Assembly (NCBI GenBank): GCA_963841435.1 | Contig: CAWJCS010000003.1 | Span: 608,001-672,000 of the forward strand | Reading direction: 5' to 3' | Source of the DNA: an uncultured delta proteobacterium | GTDB taxonomy: Bacteria; Myxococcota_A; Polyangia; Polyangiales; Polyangiaceae | Length of the DNA: 64,000 bases | Shown here: one piece after another, positions 61,222 to 64,000 of the stretch | Position numbering within the stretch: position 1 is the first letter of the stretch | Layout of the letters: each line of letters begins with the position of its first letter | Translations under genes and position numbers: made by a program | The notes under the pieces: generated by a model | What the model was told of the DNA's origin: nothing | Seen by the model: only the letters and a program-made list of their open reading frames with translations | Database searches by the model: none

Positions 61222-63243
61222 ATGACGCGCTCCGAACACCGATCCGTACCTTTCCAGAGAGGTCGAACACCATTGCTCCGCCGTGCCGTTCTGAGTTGCC
61301 TGCTGGTCGCGGCGCTCTCCGCCTGCTCGTCGGATGACGCGAGCTCCAACGGGACGGGAGGTGTGGCGGGCAGCCCCACGAGCGGCGGCACGTCGGGCGC
61401 GACGGCGGGGACGACCGCCGTGGGCGGCGCCGGCGGTGCGAGCGCGGCCGGCGGGAGCAGCGGGGCCGCTTCCGGGGGTACGGCGGGCGACGGAGCACTG
61501 GGCGGGTCTTCGAACGCAGGCGCAGGTGCAGGCGCAGGTGCAGGCGCAGGTGCAGGCGCAGGCGGGGCCGACGCGGGCGGCAGCGCGGGCGCGGCTGCCG
61601 GAGGCGCGGGTGGAGGCGACGCGGGCGCCGGGATGGGTGGGGTGGCGGGCACCACCGCGGGCACGAGCGGCAGCGACGCGGGCGGAGCCACGGGTGGCGC
61701 CGGCTCGAGCGGCGACGCGGGAGCCGCGGGTGCGTGCATGGGTGCGACTTGCGTGCCGACCGTCGTCACCTACCCCACGCCGCCCGGCGCCGTCGCGAGC
61801 ACCCTCTACACGGTGACCGTGAATGGCGAGTCGCTCTTCGTGGAGCACCTCACCAAGTACTCGCCCGAGATGCAGATCCACTACGCGCACGGCTCGCTCG
61901 CGGGCGCGGGCGCGGCGCACGTTTCGGTCACCGTGAACGAAAGCTTCAATTCGTTCACGCTGAGCCCGAAGAGCCGGAAGCTTGCCACCACGAAAACCGG
62001 CAACACCATCACCTTCGACAGCGGGCCGAACTACCTGATCCTCACGGTCAACACCAAGGAGCTGCTCTTCATCCTCCTCGACCCCGAAGAAGTGAACCCG
62101 CCGAAGCTCGGCGACGCGAACGTGAAGAACATCGCCGACTACGGCGTCGATGCCACGGGTGCCACGCTCGAGACCACGAAAATCCAGGCCGCCATCGACG
62201 CCGCGTCGGGCGCGACCCAGAACATCCTCTACTTCCCACCCGGCAAGTACAAGATCGGTGAGCTCTGGATGAAGAGCGACATGACGCTCTATCTGGCCGG
62301 CGGAGCGCTGCTCAACGGCTCGGGCGCCACGGGCGACTTCAACACGGGTAGCGGCGGCATCGACATCGAGGGCTGCTCCCACGGTGTGATTCGCATGTAC
62401 CAGCTCGACAACGTGAAAATCCTCGGGCGCGGCGTGATCGACGGCAACGGCAAGGCCATCCGCGCTCAGAACGACACGAAGATCAACCTATTCAAGATCG
62501 AAGAGAGCACGAACATCGCGATCGACGGCATCCTCGTGCGCGACCCGAGCTTCTGGAACACGCTCGTCTATCGCAGCGATCAGGTCTCGATCAAGAACTA
62601 CAAGATGCTCAATTGCCGGCCGACGACGACGGTCTACAACAACACCGACGGCGTGAACTTCGACGAATCCACGAACGGCAACCTCTACAATGCCCTGCTC
62701 TATACCGGCGACGACAGCATGGCGACCAAGAACGAGGAGCCGTCCGGAACCGTCAACACGAAGAACATCGTCCACGAGCACGTCGTCGCCTACAGCAACT
62801 CGGTCGGCTGCAAGATCGGCACGAAAACGATGGGGCAGACCATCGACGGCGTGATCTTCCGGGACATCAACGTCGTGAAGGCCGGCCGCGCGCTGAACAT
62901 CGACGCCTACGACACCGCCGTCGTGCAGAACACGCACTTCGAGGACATCCGCGTCGAAGCCGCCGATACGAGCTTCATTGCGCTCGAGGAGGCCGACCCA
63001 CCCACCTGGCGAACGGCCGCCAACCAATCCATCATCAAGGACACCTACTTCACGAACGTGTCCTCGGACGGGCCGAACCTCGTCAACATGCACGGCCGCT
63101 CGGCCCAGTACAACATCACGGGCGTCTACTTCCAGGGCGTCACCGTCAAGGGTCAGCCGCTCACGAGTCAGAGCGACCCCGACGCGATCTTCAGCATCAA
63201 TTCGTTCGTGTCCAACATCACGTTCAGCGCGACGGCCCCGTAG
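61222..63243 (+). CDS. GH28-like parallel beta-helix glycoside hydrolase lipoprotein with Gly-rich linker
   Basis: Lipobox LSAC; IQAAID, LYFPPGKY, GRGVIDG, FWN, NTDG, GDD. Confidence 0.85.
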   Translation: MTRSEHRSVPFQRGRTPLLRRAVLSCLLVAALSACSSDDASSNGTGGVAGSPTSGGTSGATAGTTAVGGAGGASAAGGSSGAASGGTAGDGALGGSSNAGAGAGAGAGAGAGAGGADAGGSAGAAAGGAGGGDAGAGMGGVAGTTAGTSGSDAGGATGGAGSSGDAGAAGACMGATCVPTVVTYPTPPGAVASTLYTVTVNGESLFVEHLTKYSPEMQIHYAHGSLAGAGAAHVSVTVNESFNSFTLSPKSRKLATTKTGNTITFDSGPNYLILTVNTKELLFILLDPEEVNPPKLGDANVKNIADYGVDATGATLETTKIQAAIDAASGATQNILYFPPGKYKIGELWMKSDMTLYLAGGALLNGSGATGDFNTGSGGIDIEGCSHGVIRMYQLDNVKILGRGVIDGNGKAIRAQNDTKINLFKIEESTNIAIDGILVRDPSFWNTLVYRSDQVSIKNYKMLNCRPTTTVYNNTDGVNFDESTNGNLYNALLYTGDDSMATKNEEPSGTVNTKNIVHEHVVAYSNSVGCKIGTKTMGQTIDGVIFRDINVVKAGRALNIDAYDTAVVQNTHFEDIRVEAADTSFIALEEADPPTWRTAANQSIIKDTYFTNVSSDGPNLVNMHGRSAQYNITGVYFQGVTVKGQPLTSQSDPDAIFSINSFVSNITFSATAP

Positions 63244-63364
63244 CGTCGAGCCCCGTAGCTCAACCGGGCACCGCCTGGAGGGCCGACAGCCGCTCTCGTC
63301 GGACGCCTTTGACGAGCAGCCATCCGCAAAAGGCGGCCTCGGCGACGCGCGGCTCCCCGTGGCT

Positions 63365-64000
63365 TCAAGAGACGGCGGGCGTCGTGTCGCTCGGGCGGTT
63401 TCGCCGCCCCTCTCGCGCGGCGCGTGCCGACGGTGTTTCTCGCCCCACGATGGCCGGCGCCTTTTGCACGAGCCCGTCGTTGGTGAGCGCGTCCACCATG
63501 AAGAGCGCAAAATCGACGCGGCGCGTGCGATTCGAGGCAAGCACCGGATCGCCCACGTGCTCGCTCCACACGGGCAACCCCTGGCTTTCGCCTTCCTCGA
63601 GGTCGCTACCGCGAACCACCGTCCAGCGTGCATCGCTCTCGAAGATGCGCCGCGTTGCTTCGACCTGGTCGTCGAGATCGGCGAAGCGCGCTGCGCGCGC
63701 GAGGAAGCCGAACACCTTGACGAAAGCCAACAGCTTTTTTTCGTAGCGATCTCGTCCGTCGCGCGTGATGTGCCAGCCGCACGAGAAGACCAAGCGTGCG
63801 CCGGGGTCGGCGAAGTCGAGCACGGCCTGGGCCGTGCCGGACGCGTAGTGCTTCATGCCCCACGGCGCGAGCACCGTGAGCACGCCGTCGCAACCGGCGA
63901 CGGCCCGGCGGATGACGTCACGATCGTCGGTATCGCCCGGCACGATCGCGATGCGCCCTCCGAAGGGCTCGAGCTTGGCAACGCTCTTTTCGCGGCAGAC
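63365..64000 (-). CDS. NAD(P)-binding oxidoreductase (flavin reductase/NmrA-like atypical SDR); 5' end outside window
   Basis: Frame open to the edge (VCREKSV..IVPGD..GCDGVL), WTVVR, RVDFALFM. Confidence 0.8.
   Translation of the reverse strand, partial: VCREKSVAKLEPFGGRIAIVPGDTDDRDVIRRAVAGCDGVLTVLAPWGMKHYASGTAQAVLDFADPGARLVFSCGWHITRDGRDRYEKKLLAFVKVFGFLARAARFADLDDQVEATRRIFESDARWTVVRGSDLEEGESQGLPVWSEHVGDPVLASNRTRRVDFALFMVDALTNDGLVQKAPAIVGRETPSARAAREGRRNRPSDTTPAVS

Noticed and set aside
63250-63300. GCCCCGTAGCTCAACCGG resembles a tRNA 5' end
   Set aside because: No D-stem 3' strand (GAGC), anticodon arm, TTCGA loop or acceptor partner follows

Overview
Very GC-rich bacterial chromosomal DNA. 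The gene content points to a myxobacterium, probably Polyangiaceae/Sorangiineae-like (inference from Hanks-type Ser/Thr kinases, TPR-PEGA, Cys-rich and fibro-slime proteins, DUF1592/DUF1552 pairs, a TIGR02147-type protein and Gly-rich lipoproteins). About 45 CDS can be supported; no rRNA, tRNA, CRISPR array or mobile element was found. Main contents: (1) a bufferin-type RiPP cluster (DoxX, Cys-rich precursor, DUF692/MNIO, DUF2063) divergent from an NDH-2 with an unusual N-terminal membrane domain, with matching back-to-back ECF-type promoters; (2) three DUF1592+DUF1552 pairs, two near lipid-anchored, Gly-linker polysaccharide enzymes (GH53, GH30, CE15, GH28-like), plus LacI-like palindromes; (3) a kinase / TPR-PEGA / Cys-rich / fibro-slime surface signalling cluster whose two kinases share a C-terminal motif; (4) two PhoX phosphatases, one followed by a di-CxxCH protein; (5) a diadenylate-cyclase-domain protein next to an MscS channel; (6) a highly structured leader before a DEAD-box helicase; (7) a ferritin-like/Fe-S/CDGSH fusion. 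Five genes carry single-base +1 frameshifts that look like sequencing errors. All family assignments come from motif recognition by eye; no database searches were run.
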